64,000 nucleotides of DNA from the NCBI GenBank assembly GCA_964188305.1, contig OZ076885.1; one strand, given 5' to 3'. The DNA is from Podarcis bocagei. Taxonomy: Eukaryota. A model generated the notes under the pieces. That model was not told the DNA's origin. It saw only the letters and a program-made list of their open reading frames with translations, and made no database searches. The translations under genes were made by a program, and so were the position numbers. The stretch's first letter is position 1. The number at the start of each line of letters is the position of its first letter. Below, piece after piece: positions 63,960 through 64,000 of the stretch.

Positions 63960-64000
63960 CTTCTGGGCACCACAGTTCAAGAAGGACACTGACAAACTGG
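63960..64000 (+). mobile_element. Start of another CR1 fragment, running off the window
   Basis: TTCTGGGCACCACAGTTCAAGAAGGACACTGACAAACTGG = '[13 protein letters not shown]'. Confidence 0.85.

Overview
Vertebrate genomic DNA from a squamate reptile, probably a lizard (Sauria SINEs, BovB, young CR1, L2, L1, Rex/Babar, Tigger/Tc2/hAT MITEs). I reconstructed four spliced genes by hand from splice sites and reading phase. (1) 5' part of C2orf80 (minus strand, four coding exons, continuing off the left edge). (2) A complete but strongly diverged shugoshin-2-like gene (plus strand, ~929 aa, CDS 13772-23954). (3) Complete IDH1 (minus strand, 8 coding exons, 415 aa). (4) The first exons of PIKFYVE (plus strand). 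C2orf80-IDH1-PIKFYVE is the known mammalian order, so the shugoshin gene between C2orf80 and IDH1 is the unexpected element. It keeps the PP2A-binding coiled coil. It has Ala where the SGO motif normally has the H2A-pT120-reading Lys, appears to lack the Mad2-binding segment, and carries a recent tandem triplication of an R-x-T-[YF]-V module. It probably shares a bidirectional promoter with C2orf80. The rest is TE-rich intron and intergenic DNA with several nested insertions. Homology calls rest on recalled protein sequences, not database searches.
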